Shown here: positions 1-12,303 of the stretch, piece after piece
Numbering within the stretch: position 1 is the first letter of the stretch
Layout of the letters: each line of letters starts with the position of its first letter
Origin: Octopus vulgaris
Taxonomy: Eukaryota
NCBI GenBank assembly: GCA_951406725.2
Contig: OX597818.1
Location: 62,992,001-63,056,000, forward strand
Direction: 5' to 3'
DNA length: 64,000 nt
Translations under genes and position numbers: made by a program
Notes under the pieces: generated by a model
Told to the model about the DNA's origin: nothing
Database searches by the model: none
The model's input: the letters and a program-made list of their open reading frames with translations, nothing else

Positions 1-1295
1 TTTAGATTTTATTGAAGATGAGAATTCTTTATTATTTGATAAGATCTACTTGCAAAAGTGTTGTAACCTGTTTTAAATATTTAATTCTCTTCCATCATGA
101 GGTGGTAGTAAAAGCTGAAGTGCCTCGAAAATAAATTAGAATTGTATTTTTAACTAAACATATTTATTCATAGTTTAAATTTTATATATTTTCGTTTAGA
201 ATCATCAATATTTCTCTTTACTCATATCTTAAGGCGATTCAGAGTTTGTGGACGTTATCTTACTCATTTAGATATTTTACGACATATCAGCCGCTCATAT
301 CGTTATTAAGGTTAGTTATCTAATACTATTTTAGGTTATTCAATCACTTTTCCAAAATTACGTCCAGTATATAACTTTATACGACGTTTATGTCAAATAT
401 ACTAAAACACTATGAAGATAAAACAAAATAACTAACAAAATAAAGAAATATGGTAAAACAGTAAAAATTCTATAAAAGCGGAGCCAATAGCAATTTGGGG
501 AGTATTGAGTTTATGAGTATAACTTTTCGGTCGTTTACTTTTATCTAAGCAGCAGAGATTAGCATCGTTTTTTTATTGTATTTTCTAATATACAGGGACA
601 CGACACGAAACCAAATATTTAATATTACTTTTAAAATTTCTGACAGTTTGTAAATTAATAAGATGCTAGGAATACTGAAAGAATTTTGTAAATAGAAAAC
701 CAATCTACATTGGCACCGGTCAAAATATAATTTGATGGATTTCTATTTATACATGATGGAGACAGACATCAAATAAGTACGTATATGGCTGGATACCAGA
801 AATCTCATTATTAGCATAGTAAGTGACGCTCGCATATATATACATATATTTATATCTAAACGACGACTTTCTATTGTTATTTGTGTATTTTTAACATTTC
901 TTTTAGATTTGAAAGTAAAATATTAGTGTTCTTGTTATTTGCCAAGATGGATTGAAATTTCTCTTAAACCAATATTAGGTTTCTCCAATAATACAAAGCT
1001 AAAATCAGTCCAAAATGAAGTTGAGGCTGTATTGTTCTATATTAAGAATGCAGTTAACATTCCTAGTTTGCATAAATGAAGTCTTGAAACTTTTATAAAT
1101 AAATTTACTTTCCAAATATATGCTAATCTGTTATTAAAAAAATACAACGTACATGACAATTTATATCACTATAATACTAAGAAAACTAAATATTCCGATT
1201 TAAGTTACCTGAAAATTTAATTAATGTCTAGCCATGAATTTCCTAACGCTAATTTGAATAATCAAATAATATTATCTGAAAAGATAAATTGCCCC

Positions 1296-1298
<3 letters not shown>

Positions 1299-1391
<93 letters not shown>

Positions 1392-1490
1392 TTATGTATG
1401 CATATATATATAAGTATATATATATATATATATATATATTTGTGTGTGTATAATGCATGTCTGTATATATATAAATATATATATATATAT
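1299..1490. repeat. (TA)n microsatellite with degenerate flank
   Basis: Pure TA run at about 1299-1387, then interrupted TA; explains the YIYI ORFs. Confidence 0.95.
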
Positions 1491-1987
1491 AGTGTTTGTG
1501 TGTATTTAATGAAATATTAATGTCTGGTTGTAGTGTGATATAATATCTATTTTCATATGTTTTGTTTATTAGAATTCTCTATGAAATTGAATTGGTACTC
1601 TACATGCCATAACTGATGCCAATTCAACAGAAAAGGTAAAACATTACGACACCATTCAATTACTTATGCCGATCTACGTTTAAACGTGTCATGTTTTACG
1701 TAGATTTCAAGTAATAATGAATAGTGGTTTGCTATTCAACTCCGTAAATATTGAAGAATACCATTGATGAGACACGAGTAAATTTGACGTATTTTATTAG
1801 GAATGAAAGGTAAGGCATTTTGCTGACGTAAATATTGGTAACAAGTACATATGACATTCAGATATTTGAAAGTCAACTTAGATAATATTCTTCAGAGCAT
1901 ATTCCAAGAGCAGTTTTCACTTGAGAGCGAAAGCTTGAATGCGATATAGACACACACGAGAACACACACGCGCAAGAAAACACACAA

Positions 1988-2024
<37 letters not shown>

Positions 2025-2212
2025 AATATGTATATATACATACAGAGAAGCAAACAGGATTGTTTGGTTCGGCAAAAGAGAATATTAGATTGAGTAGTGA
2101 GCTGAATAAACAGTCGGTTCGATTAATTCAACTATAAAAATTCTGCTGAGCGGTGCTCCAGAATGGTCTCGGTGAAATGACTGAAACAAATAAAAGATGA
2201 AAGGCATATATG

Positions 2213-2250
<38 letters not shown>

Positions 2251-2349
2251 ATAGATATATACATATATATAAATACATACATATATATACATATATATAT
2301 ACACACATGTATACATATACATATAAATATCATATATTTGTGTGTGCGT

Positions 2350-2680
2350 GTGGAGGCGCAATGGCTCATTGGTTAGGGCAGTCGCAGGGTCACAGTTTCG
2401 ATTCTCAGATCGGTCTTTGTGAGAGTTTATTGGGCAAAGACACCTAAAGGTCCACGAGCCTCCGGTTGTGGGTGGCTGCGGACCCTGCTGTACTCTTTCG
2501 TTACAAGTTTCTCTCATACTTTCTTCTTGTTTCTGTTGTACCTGTATTTCAAAGGTCCAGCCTTGTCACACTCTGTGTCACGCTTAATTTCCCGGAGAAC
2601 TACTTAAAGCGTACACGTGTCTGTGGACTGCTTGCGCGTTAATTTCACGAGCGGGCTGTTACGCTCCTCGTTGCAACCGA
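2350..2680 (+). mobile_element. tRNA-derived SINE family B, degraded copy
   Basis: Head TGGAGGCGCAATGGCTCATTGGTTAGGGCAG with B-box-like GTTTCGATTC; body matches copies at 23800 and 45574. Confidence 0.85.
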
Positions 2681-3099
2681 TGGTGTGCCACGATATAGCC
2701 ATACACACACACATATATATATTTTTATGGTCAACATTACAAAAGTATGAAATATACCAATCCCTTAAAACGACAACCACTTTCACAGTATCCAACAATA
2801 TCTACACATTTAAAGCAGTCTGGCAAAAGCCCTTCAGCTACAAAACACCCTGATAAACTAAGTGACTACTACTAAATTCAGGCCACGACAGACAGAGAGA
2901 ATGTTCTTTAAGCCGAGGATTATAAACTTAAGGAGACAATATTTACATATCGCCTGAAGGAAAAGCAAGATCTCATTATTCATAGAAATAGTTGCATAAT
3001 TACTTACCTGCACGCCTGGAGAACTACCATGCGTCGAAAGAATTGTAGTGTTTAAAAAATAAATGTTCTCCTTTTTCTTAACACCAATTACTTCAATAA

Positions 3100-3494
3100 T
3101 CTTTGTATATAAATGTAAGGTTGTGTGTCTGTCTACTCCGATTTAGATTCCTAACTACTCCCACATTTTGCGGTGCAGTTTAACCAAAACCAGGTATCTT
3201 ATAGTCGTGATTCATATCGATCCCTTCTGGGTATTAGCGCGCGTCTACGATGAGTCTACGATTTTAAAAATAATTTACCATCATTTTTTTCCATTTTAAT
3301 GCATATCTTTTTAAATATAAGGGAAGTAACTCTCTAAAAATGTCTACGATGAGTCAACGATTTTTATAAAAAATTACCATCATATTTTTTCCATTTTTAA
3401 TGCATTTTTTTGCTATTTTTTGGCTATAACTCTCTAAAAATGCTTTATAGTTATTTCCCTTACAAACCCGAGCAACGCCGGGCGATACTGCTAG
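3100..3494 (+). mobile_element. Non-autonomous Helitron, copy 1
   Basis: 5' TC after A; 3' GC hairpin CCCGAGCAACGCCGGG then CTAG before T; internal ~98-bp tandem unit; homologous to 22969-23645. Confidence 0.85.
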
Positions 3495-6400
3495 TATAAT
3501 TATATATATATAACCTTGTAAATGTGTACACGTAATGATTATTTGCTTATATTCGACTGACATATATAATACGATGAAAAGTCCATTGAATCAATATCTT
3601 AATTCATTGAAATTTCGCAAAATTTAATTCATTGTCTGATATGCAGCAGTCTTTGATGTCATATATTTTTAATTGTATTTTTATTGACATAGATTTATGC
3701 AATTTAATATTCTGTAGGGGAGCAATGCTACGGAAGAAATAGCATTTCGTTAAGTTGAAATATTCAAAATCATCTCGCAACCTGCTTACTCCATGAGATT
3801 GTTACACATCCAGGCGGGTGGACGATTGATAATCGTAGTACAGGTTGCCTACACTTGGACTGACAAAACTTTTGTTTCTAATGAAAAACAAATCAATATT
3901 TTCATATTTCGTGTTCCCATTTGTTAGCTCACGTTCCGACTAAATCTACTCCGATCATAAGGAAAGCTGAGACAAGATCTATTTGCTAATATACTCCGAA
4001 ATACATTACGTAATCTTATTGCCAATCTTTGAAGTAATAGGAGAAAGGAGAATATTGAGAAATCTGTTAAAACCATTACGTCATGTTATGGTGTATTTGC
4101 ATGATCTGATCACGACTGAATGCCATAATGACATTCAAATCTTTTAATCGCAACATAATATCCCCCGCCTCGCCACTGCTTCTGTTCTTATCTTTCCCCA
4201 GTTAATGAGGTGAGGTCTGGGTGAAATATTCAGTTTTGATAAAGTCTGTAATTATGATTATGTTTAGCTTATCAAACAATATAAAATTATGATAATTATT
4301 AACATATCAGCTTCAGAACTTTGTCGTTTGTATTTTCTTCTCCGCCATCTACACTGAACAATCGTTAGTATAAAATACCAAAACAATGTCAGTCATGGAA
4401 TACTTCAAAGGAATATCGTAAGAATAATGTATCAATAGAAGTGAATATCTTACAGTTCGACACTTGCATAATATATCTCTATTATCAAGTGTGTTCGGTA
4501 CGAGTACATTATAATAAATGATATTATATCAATAATAGATTTTTATTACATTTTAAAGCAGTAATAATGCAAAACATATTTAATTGATGCTGCAAAACAT
4601 TATGTATCACCAACTGTATTTGCATATTATATATATTTGCAAACGCCAGAGGGGATCGAATGCTCAAATTATATTCTGGTAGCAGTTACTTCCTCGCTGA
4701 AATCAGAACAGATGATATTACCATTTCAAAATATAAATTACTCCTGTAAAAACTGGCAGTAATCATCATTGATATCTCTTTGATATCCTTAGATTTGTGA
4801 GTTCAAATTCCTCAATGGGTAGAGCATTGTTCAAGGGTGGTCTTCCTAAACATTCATGTTTGGTATTGATTTCAGCATGTCAAGTCTTTAGGTGATAGTT
4901 CTAAATATCTCAAATGGTTACATCTGCTTCATAGCCTCATGTATTGATGCTTTTCATCTGTAATTATATCACAAGCTCAAAACTGTTTTGATTCTAAAAT
5001 ACAGAAATGATTGCCTTAACACGATATCCTCATATTGATGTTATTGTTTAGCCCAAAGGTAGCTACAGTTCGATGTATTTACGATCAAATATATCCCAGC
5101 TTTCACCGGCTTTATTTTATTCAGATTGGATATATCTACAGATACATTTCCGAGTATAGGTTTCCTCTTTTAAGCGGCTAACATGTGATCTTAAGGAAAT
5201 TTAGTTGTTATTTCTAACAAACGAAGCTGCTGGAGAGAGAGTTCTTTTTATTACCTAAGAGACCTGGTGATAAGTAGTTCTTTCAATGGTAAATCTATAA
5301 ATAATCGATCATAGAATCACTGCATAACTGTTGACACACTTATTGCAAAACCATTCCAGATTGGGGAAACTGATATTTTAAACCATAAAGTGCTGTGTGT
5401 TCTGTAGCGCTTATGAGTGAAATAAACCGAAATATTGTACATTGGAGATAATAGCCTCATAATACTATTCTTACACGTTACATGAAATGATAGATTCCTT
5501 TCATAAATAATCAACATCATTATGCAAATGAAAAATAAATTATACGTTTTTATAGAACAATTTATTGTAACATTAGCAGTTGCCAATATTGTAGACCATA
5601 GTAGTGTTTATTAAAAAAAAAAGAAAGGGTTTCATTCTAAATAAGATATTTCGTTTTATCTTCATGAAAAGCGAAGAATTACATTGAAAACACTTTTGTA
5701 GTCGGCTGGGAAAAAAATTATTATTTTGCTCCCTGCATCCAGCTGTTGAGATAAGTAATATTTATCGACTTTGCAAACGTTTGTGTTTCGTCTATTGATT
5801 TCTCTCCAGTAACCCTTATAATTCATCCCGGATAAAAGCACCAAAACATTCAAACATCTTTCTTATTGCTGTTTCACTTACATATTCACTGTCACACACA
5901 GCTTCACCAAAATACACAGCTATATACACACGCACGCACATTATGGCTTAGAAAGTGTACAACAGTCTCATGCGCCAAGCAGCTTAGAAATCACGTATTT
6001 TCAATAGCTATTGATCTTTCTTAAGAGATAAATTGATTTCATTATATATATGGCGGATTTTGTTGAAGTATGATGCTATTTTCCCCAGTGCTATATCTCA
6101 TAGGATCATGAAAAATGTTCATAGTATAAAGCGTTAGATATACGTTGTCACATTAAACATATTCAGCATTGAAATGCTGTGTATGCATTTTTTGATGTGC
6201 GAGATATATCTAAAGTAACTCTACTTTCTAATCATAATTTCATACACTATTTTTTTTCTTTACTTGAAATGTTGCTCAATGTTTCATAATAGACGTGTGT
6301 ACAAGTGAGATGAAAATATTTGTAAAGAAAAAAAAAAAGTTTTACACGTCATACTGAATTCTTACAGCGTCCAGAGCAATTTACCAATTTGTACTTCGAT

Positions 6401-6849
6401 ACATAAATTATGGAAATTTCCAGCCGCCTGCGTTGATAACGTGTCTAACAACTTGCCAACGGCTTGACGGTTAGTAGGGTATGTTATCTTTCAGAGATGG
6501 CGCATTTTGTTTCCGTAACTGAATACAATTAAGAAAGATGAGCACTACGGAAGTATTCAGCTACAATCATGTAAGATGTGACGTTATTATATGTTACAGG
6601 TAGTAAATTTCTTATCACTACATACGTGAAAGATTTTATCGCTTAACGTTATACAATGAAATGTACTAAGATACATTAAAGATCTGAACTGCTGTCACGT
6701 ATTATTGCTTTGTGATGAGTGAAATTCCTAGCCTGATGACGACACGAAATAATCTTACTTTCTCTGGTTTTACAATTCCACCAACATTGTCTTTCTCGCT
6801 GCCAAAATATGCTGGTATACCCAATAAACCGTGTATACAAAATATAATC

Positions 6850-7433
6850 GTTTCTACTCTAGGCACAAGGCTCGAAATATTGGGTGAGGGGCCAGTCGAT
6901 TATATCGACCCCAGTGCGTAATTGGTACTTATTTAATCGACCCCGAGGATGAAAGGCAAATTCGACCTCGGCGGAATTTGAACTCAGAACGTAACGGCAG
7001 ACGAAATACCTATTTCTTTACTACCCACAAGGGGCTTTAATACTACACAGAGAGGACAAACAAGGACAGATAAACGGATTAAGTCGATTACATCGACCCC
7101 AGTGTGTATCTAGTACTTAATTTATCGACCCCGAATGGATGAAAGGTAAAGTCGAGCTCGGCGGAATTTGAACTCAGAACGTAACGGCAGACGAAATACC
7201 TATTTCTTTACTACCCACAAGGGGCTAAACACAGAGAGGACAAACAAGGACAGATAACCGGATTAAGTCGATTACATCGACCCCAGTGTGTAACTAGTAC
7301 TTAATTTATCGACCCCGAAAGGATGAAAGGCAAAGTCGACCTTGGCGGAATTTGAACTCAGAAAGTAGCGGCAGACGAAATACCACTAGACATTTCGCCC
7401 AGCTTGCTAACGTTTCTGCCAGCTCGCCACCTT
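6850..7433 (-). mobile_element. SINE family C (Nin/Deu-like central domain), head-to-tail trimer
   Basis: One full head (reverse complement ends ...CTGCCAGCTCGCCACC at ~7431) plus two 5'-truncated bodies joined at GAAATACC|TATTTCTTTAC; core GCCTTTCATCCTTTCGGGGTCGATAAATTAAGTAC resembles the Nin/Deu SINE domain. Confidence 0.85.
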
Positions 7434-8083
7434 ATGTAGACAAAATATAATAAAATGTCCATGTATACAGTGAACGACGATAAACAAAACGACGACACAC
7501 ATGTCTATTCTTAATAAGTACTTAATATGTCTTCGTTTTGATTTCCATTGTTAACAGTGCACATGAGTGTTTATTATCGATTGGACGATACCAGCAGAAA
7601 ACCGCAAATAATATATTTGCTGAATACCATTAAAAATAACCTTACGCTCACTGTTATTGTGTGTGATATGTAAGTGCAAACTATGAAACACATTGTGTTT
7701 TATCTCAAGTACACCAAACTGGAAGTGCAGTACAGACCGGAAGTGCAGTACAACCAAGCGTTCCTCGAGAATCCGCTTTTCCACGTAATATGTATCACCA
7801 GCTGGCCCAGTGCCGTCAAAAATGACGGCAAATTGTTGTATTATATATATAAATATAAATGGTAAATCAAATTAATACCCTTGTTAATGTTTTCTAGTGG
7901 TTGTCTTTTGAGATGTGATATCGATCATCGTTTGTTACTGAAAGGATGTTGGTTCACACACAAAACAAACACATACTCCCCTTCTACACGCACACACATA
8001 CACATATATATTCACACAGATTTGAAACGCAGTTTGATTTTTCTTTTCAGCGTTGAATGTTCGCCGTACCACTTCCATTGCAC

Positions 8084-8132
<49 letters not shown>

Positions 8133-8133
<1 letters not shown>

Positions 8134-8351
8134 TACTCTTTACTCTTTTACTCTTTTACTTGTTTCAGTCATTTGACGGCGGCCATGCTGGGGCACCGCC
8201 TTTAGTCGAGCAAATTGACCCCGGGAGTTATTCTTTGTAAGCCCAGTACTTATTCTATCGGTCTCTTTTGTCGAACCGCTAGGTGACGGGGACGTAAACA
8301 CACCAGCATCGGCTGTCAAGCAATGCTAGGGGGACAAACACAGACACACAA

Positions 8352-8382
<31 letters not shown>

Positions 8383-8553
8383 AACATATATCCGACGGGT
8401 TTCTTTCAGTTTCCGTCTACCAAATCCACTCACAAGGCTTTGGTCGGACCGATGCTATAGTAGAAGAAACTTGCCCAAGGTGCCACGCAGTGGGACTGAA
8501 CCTGGAACCATGTGGTTGGTAAACAAGCTACTTACCACACAGCCACTCCTGCG

Positions 8554-8556
<3 letters not shown>
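8133..8556 (-). mobile_element. tRNA-derived SINE family A, full length
   Basis: Reverse complement of GGCGCAGGAGTGGCTGTGTGG (A box) and GGTTCAGTCCC (B box); internal TA/CA tract; GTAAAAGA-repeat tail. Confidence 0.9.
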
Positions 8557-8603
<47 letters not shown>

Positions 8604-8604
8604 C

Positions 8605-8668
8605 TGTGGCTAAAAGGTAGAAACATCGTTTTGGATAGGACTGCCAAGTTGCGTAGGCAAATAGATTT

Positions 8669-8714
<46 letters not shown>

Positions 8715-8778
8715 AAATCTATTTGCCTACGCAGCTTGGCAGTCCTATCCAAAACGATGTTTCTACCTTTTAGCCACA
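8605..8778. repeat. Near-perfect palindrome: ~68-bp arms around a (TA)n centre
   Basis: 8605-8672 is the reverse complement of 8710-8778 with one mismatch. Confidence 0.95.
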
Positions 8779-8928
8779 CCAATTTTTTTTCTGCTGGCTA
8801 CCGACATAACATCTTTGTCGATATAATATGAGCGACGGAATCTACCGCGCCCTATCTAACTGCAGCGATACATGTAGACCAATGGTCTCTGAGTAATTTA
8901 CCGTTACTCGGTACAGGATGAAGGCCGG

Positions 8929-8964
<36 letters not shown>

Positions 8965-8990
8965 AACAATTACTATGAAATATGGTGTAG

Positions 8991-9293
8991 AATATATTGT
9001 GCAAATATCGTGGGTAAACCCAAAACAATGCGAAGTTAATGCAGGGTAAATGACAAGATAAAAAAAATGTGTGAATTAATGTAAACTTTCCTTGTACTCG
9101 ATATTTCGGGGTTACGACGCCATTTTCAAAACATTGACGAACGATACCGATTTGCGAGTCTGTCAGCTTGTGTGGAGTGGACATGCGCAGCAGGGGTGTT
9201 TCTATAGCAATCAGCTAACTTCCTATAACAGGATTTCCTTTGCATTTACTTCGCATTATTTTAGCTTTACCCACGATCTTTTATACAATAAAT
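8991..9293. mobile_element. Short element with ~60-bp imperfect terminal inverted repeats in (TA)n, probably PLE-derived
   Basis: ATCGTGGGTAAACCCAAAACAATGCGAAGTTAATGCA at the left end versus its reverse complement near 9240-9285; degenerate hammerhead-like core on the minus strand at ~9095-9135. Confidence 0.7.
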
Positions 9294-9327
9294 ACATACA
9301 TATATATATACACATATATATAAATAT

Positions 9328-9467
<140 letters not shown>

Positions 9468-9621
9468 ATATACTGTTGGTAGAATACCTAATACACAATC
9501 ACTATACAATTCTTGGTTATTGTGTGGCAATTATTCTAGTAAGTATAATAATTAGGCGAGGTTAATAAGTAGTTTTACCCTTAATTTATATGCCATATAT
9601 ATACATACATACATACATACA

Positions 9622-10421
9622 TACACAGAGTGGCTGCAATTGGTAAATTCCCACAATTGCATATTTTTTAATTTCGCGCAAATGCATTGTTTCTCTTTGA
9701 TTTTGTTGACTACAGCGTATTGTAGGGTCACTGGGAAACCGTGTCGGTGGAAAAATCAGCAACATGTCGTAATTTCCAACATTTAGAAATGACACGCTGT
9801 ACTGCTTGACGTTCGCTGGTTGTGAATCTGAGGACAGTTCATCCTGAGGACCTGTACCGAGAATGATAAAACACAAACATCCAGTCAACATCATCACTAG
9901 AGATGGCAACGTTATGCCTCCGGTCATCATCTTACACGGTATTGCACTCAACACGGAGGCCTGGAGGAGGTAGTGCTCTCCTGGGTCAAGAGGGTGGCTG
10001 CTAGAAAATCCTATATTCGGTAACAGGAATCTACACCATGCCATAAAAGCAGGAAAACCAAGTCATGGCTGTTAGAGAATTTCTGCGATCACATCACACC
10101 GAACATCTGGCCACCTCACGCCCAAGACTGCAACTCTCTTGATGATTATTGTAAGGAGGGAACGATTAAGCGAACGACCAACAAAACACATTGTAACACC
10201 AAAAATGAACTGAAGGCAAATCTTTAACAAGGACAATAGCCGGTGAAGTGCAGGAGATTCCGAAGTCGACTAGAGGCCGTGGTTGGAGCCAATGGTGATT
10301 ATATTAACTAAATTTACTCTTCAGTATTTGAAGATATTTTTATGAAATTTTGGTTAACATATCTGTTAAAATGAGATGTCAGTGTTATTTACATTTCAGT
10401 ATTATATTCACTGCACCCTAT
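9622..10421 (+). mobile_element. Degenerate Tc1/mariner-superfamily transposon relic
   Basis: Broken reading gives ...GNVMPP...NTEA..EEVVLSWVKRVAA...QESTPCH...ENFCDHITPNIWPPHAQDCN.LD, matching the QQDxAPxH and WPPxSPDxNPLDY catalytic motifs; TIR-like ends TACACAGAGTG / CACCCTATA. Confidence 0.8.
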
Positions 10422-10505
10422 ATAAAAACATATACATACACATATACATAGACAGACACACATATCTTTATCTCTCTCTTTCGCGCTCTCTCTTTCTCTC
10501 TCTCG

Positions 10506-10542
<37 letters not shown>

Positions 10543-10650
10543 CATATACACAGAGCGAAGTGGGGAAGAGACAAGAAACTGGTAAGCTTCTATATTCTGT
10601 GACTATGTATGGAAGAATTTTTATCGTTATATAGATTTGCAAATTGAATA

Positions 10651-10730
<80 letters not shown>

Positions 10731-10797
10731 TATACATATATATACATATATATACATACATATATATGTATATATATATACACATATATATATATGT

Positions 10798-10848
<51 letters not shown>

Positions 10849-12059
10849 AATTACCATCAATGGTTTTGGAATAATATATAATGAGATAAATACGATAATG
10901 ATCGAATAAACTAGGATTAGTGAGACTATCGAACGCTTTGGAGGACTGAGTATACAAAATAGATAAACTCATAGCGTTATGGAAGATGAGAGAATCGATG
11001 AAATAAAATATATTGAGATAGAATCGACCAAGAAACTGAATTGTTTGAATTTAAAAAAAAAAAAACGAAACGAAGCAAAAGTGAAAGCACAGACGATTGA
11101 ATATCGTATGTGCGATATCTCAGCAAGAATTAAAATGAAAAGATTTAGTGATAATGGAAGACAGAGTGAACGAGACAAAAGTGTATAGACACATAAAGAC
11201 ACACAAACACACACACACACACACACATGCTAACACACACATGCGAATATACATACACGCTTATACGCACACAGATATCTTCATGCATGAATGTACATAA
11301 AAGATATTTACCGACACACATACGTATATATACACACGTGTACACATTTAAAAACATGTTAAATGTTTTGATACCATTTAGAAGTCAGGAAGATAGTTGC
11401 GGAATAAATCGTCAAGGAGAATAATAATAAACAAAGAGTAAACAGTAACAGCAGGAATCATGCAGACGGCGTTACCAAAAATAACAAAAGAGGAAAATTG
11501 TGCGAGCGCGGGAGAGAGAATGAGACGGAGCGAAAGGGAAGGAGAGGAAGTGAGAGATAAAGCGACGGGGAAGAGCTGAAGGAAAAATAGAGATAACGGA
11601 CTGGAGTAAAAAGCCGGGAGCTGAGAGAGTGGGGTGGGGAGATGGAATGAGTAAAAAAGATAAACTGGAAGATTTTAATTCCAAGAATAACTGAGGAACA
11701 TTATAAAAGCAAAGTGAAGTAATGTCTTTATTGATAACAACATTTCAAAGTGCAATTAAATGCCAACAGCATCCTTGTCGTTAGAACCGGAAAGTTAGTG
11801 ATACTGAAATTTATTTGCATTTCCCGATCGATATCTTAAATTATTACACTTGTACAAAAATAATTACGGTCAATTATTTCTCTGCTCACTTACAGTCTAT
11901 TATTGTTATTATATATATATATAAATATAGGTTCAGTAAAAATTTAGACACAGTAGAATACGGTACTTAAGTTAAAGGCACCAGAATTTAGTATGGTGTT
12001 ACCCATATAATTCAAAATGGGGTGGTTATAATCAAAATAAGCAATATATATATATATTC

Positions 12060-12104
<45 letters not shown>

Positions 12105-12107
<3 letters not shown>

Positions 12108-12303
12108 CGCCATGTTGAATCGCTAGCTTCTGCACGCATTTTTTTCTCTCCTTGTTTCTCTCCGTGTTTCTTTTCTGTGTATCTTTCTGTTGAAGAGCGT
12201 AGGCTCGAAACGTAAAAGACTTGTTTTATTTATATTCCTGAGCACCATACTATTACAATTGTTTGTTTGTACTCTTTTGTTTATTTTCATAAAGCTTCCC
12301 GTT
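12105..12303 (+). mobile_element. Short (TA)n-embedded PLE-terminus-like element with a minimal hammerhead motif
   Basis: TCTTT-CTGTTGA-A-GAGC-GTAG-GCTC-GAAAC-GTA-AAAGA at 12182-12219; TA runs on both sides; downstream TTCCTGAGC shared with the ~28060 and 56035 copies. Confidence 0.7.

Noticed and set aside
1573-1635. AG...GT-bounded 63-bp candidate exon
   Set aside because: Stops in all three frames and no partner exons found.
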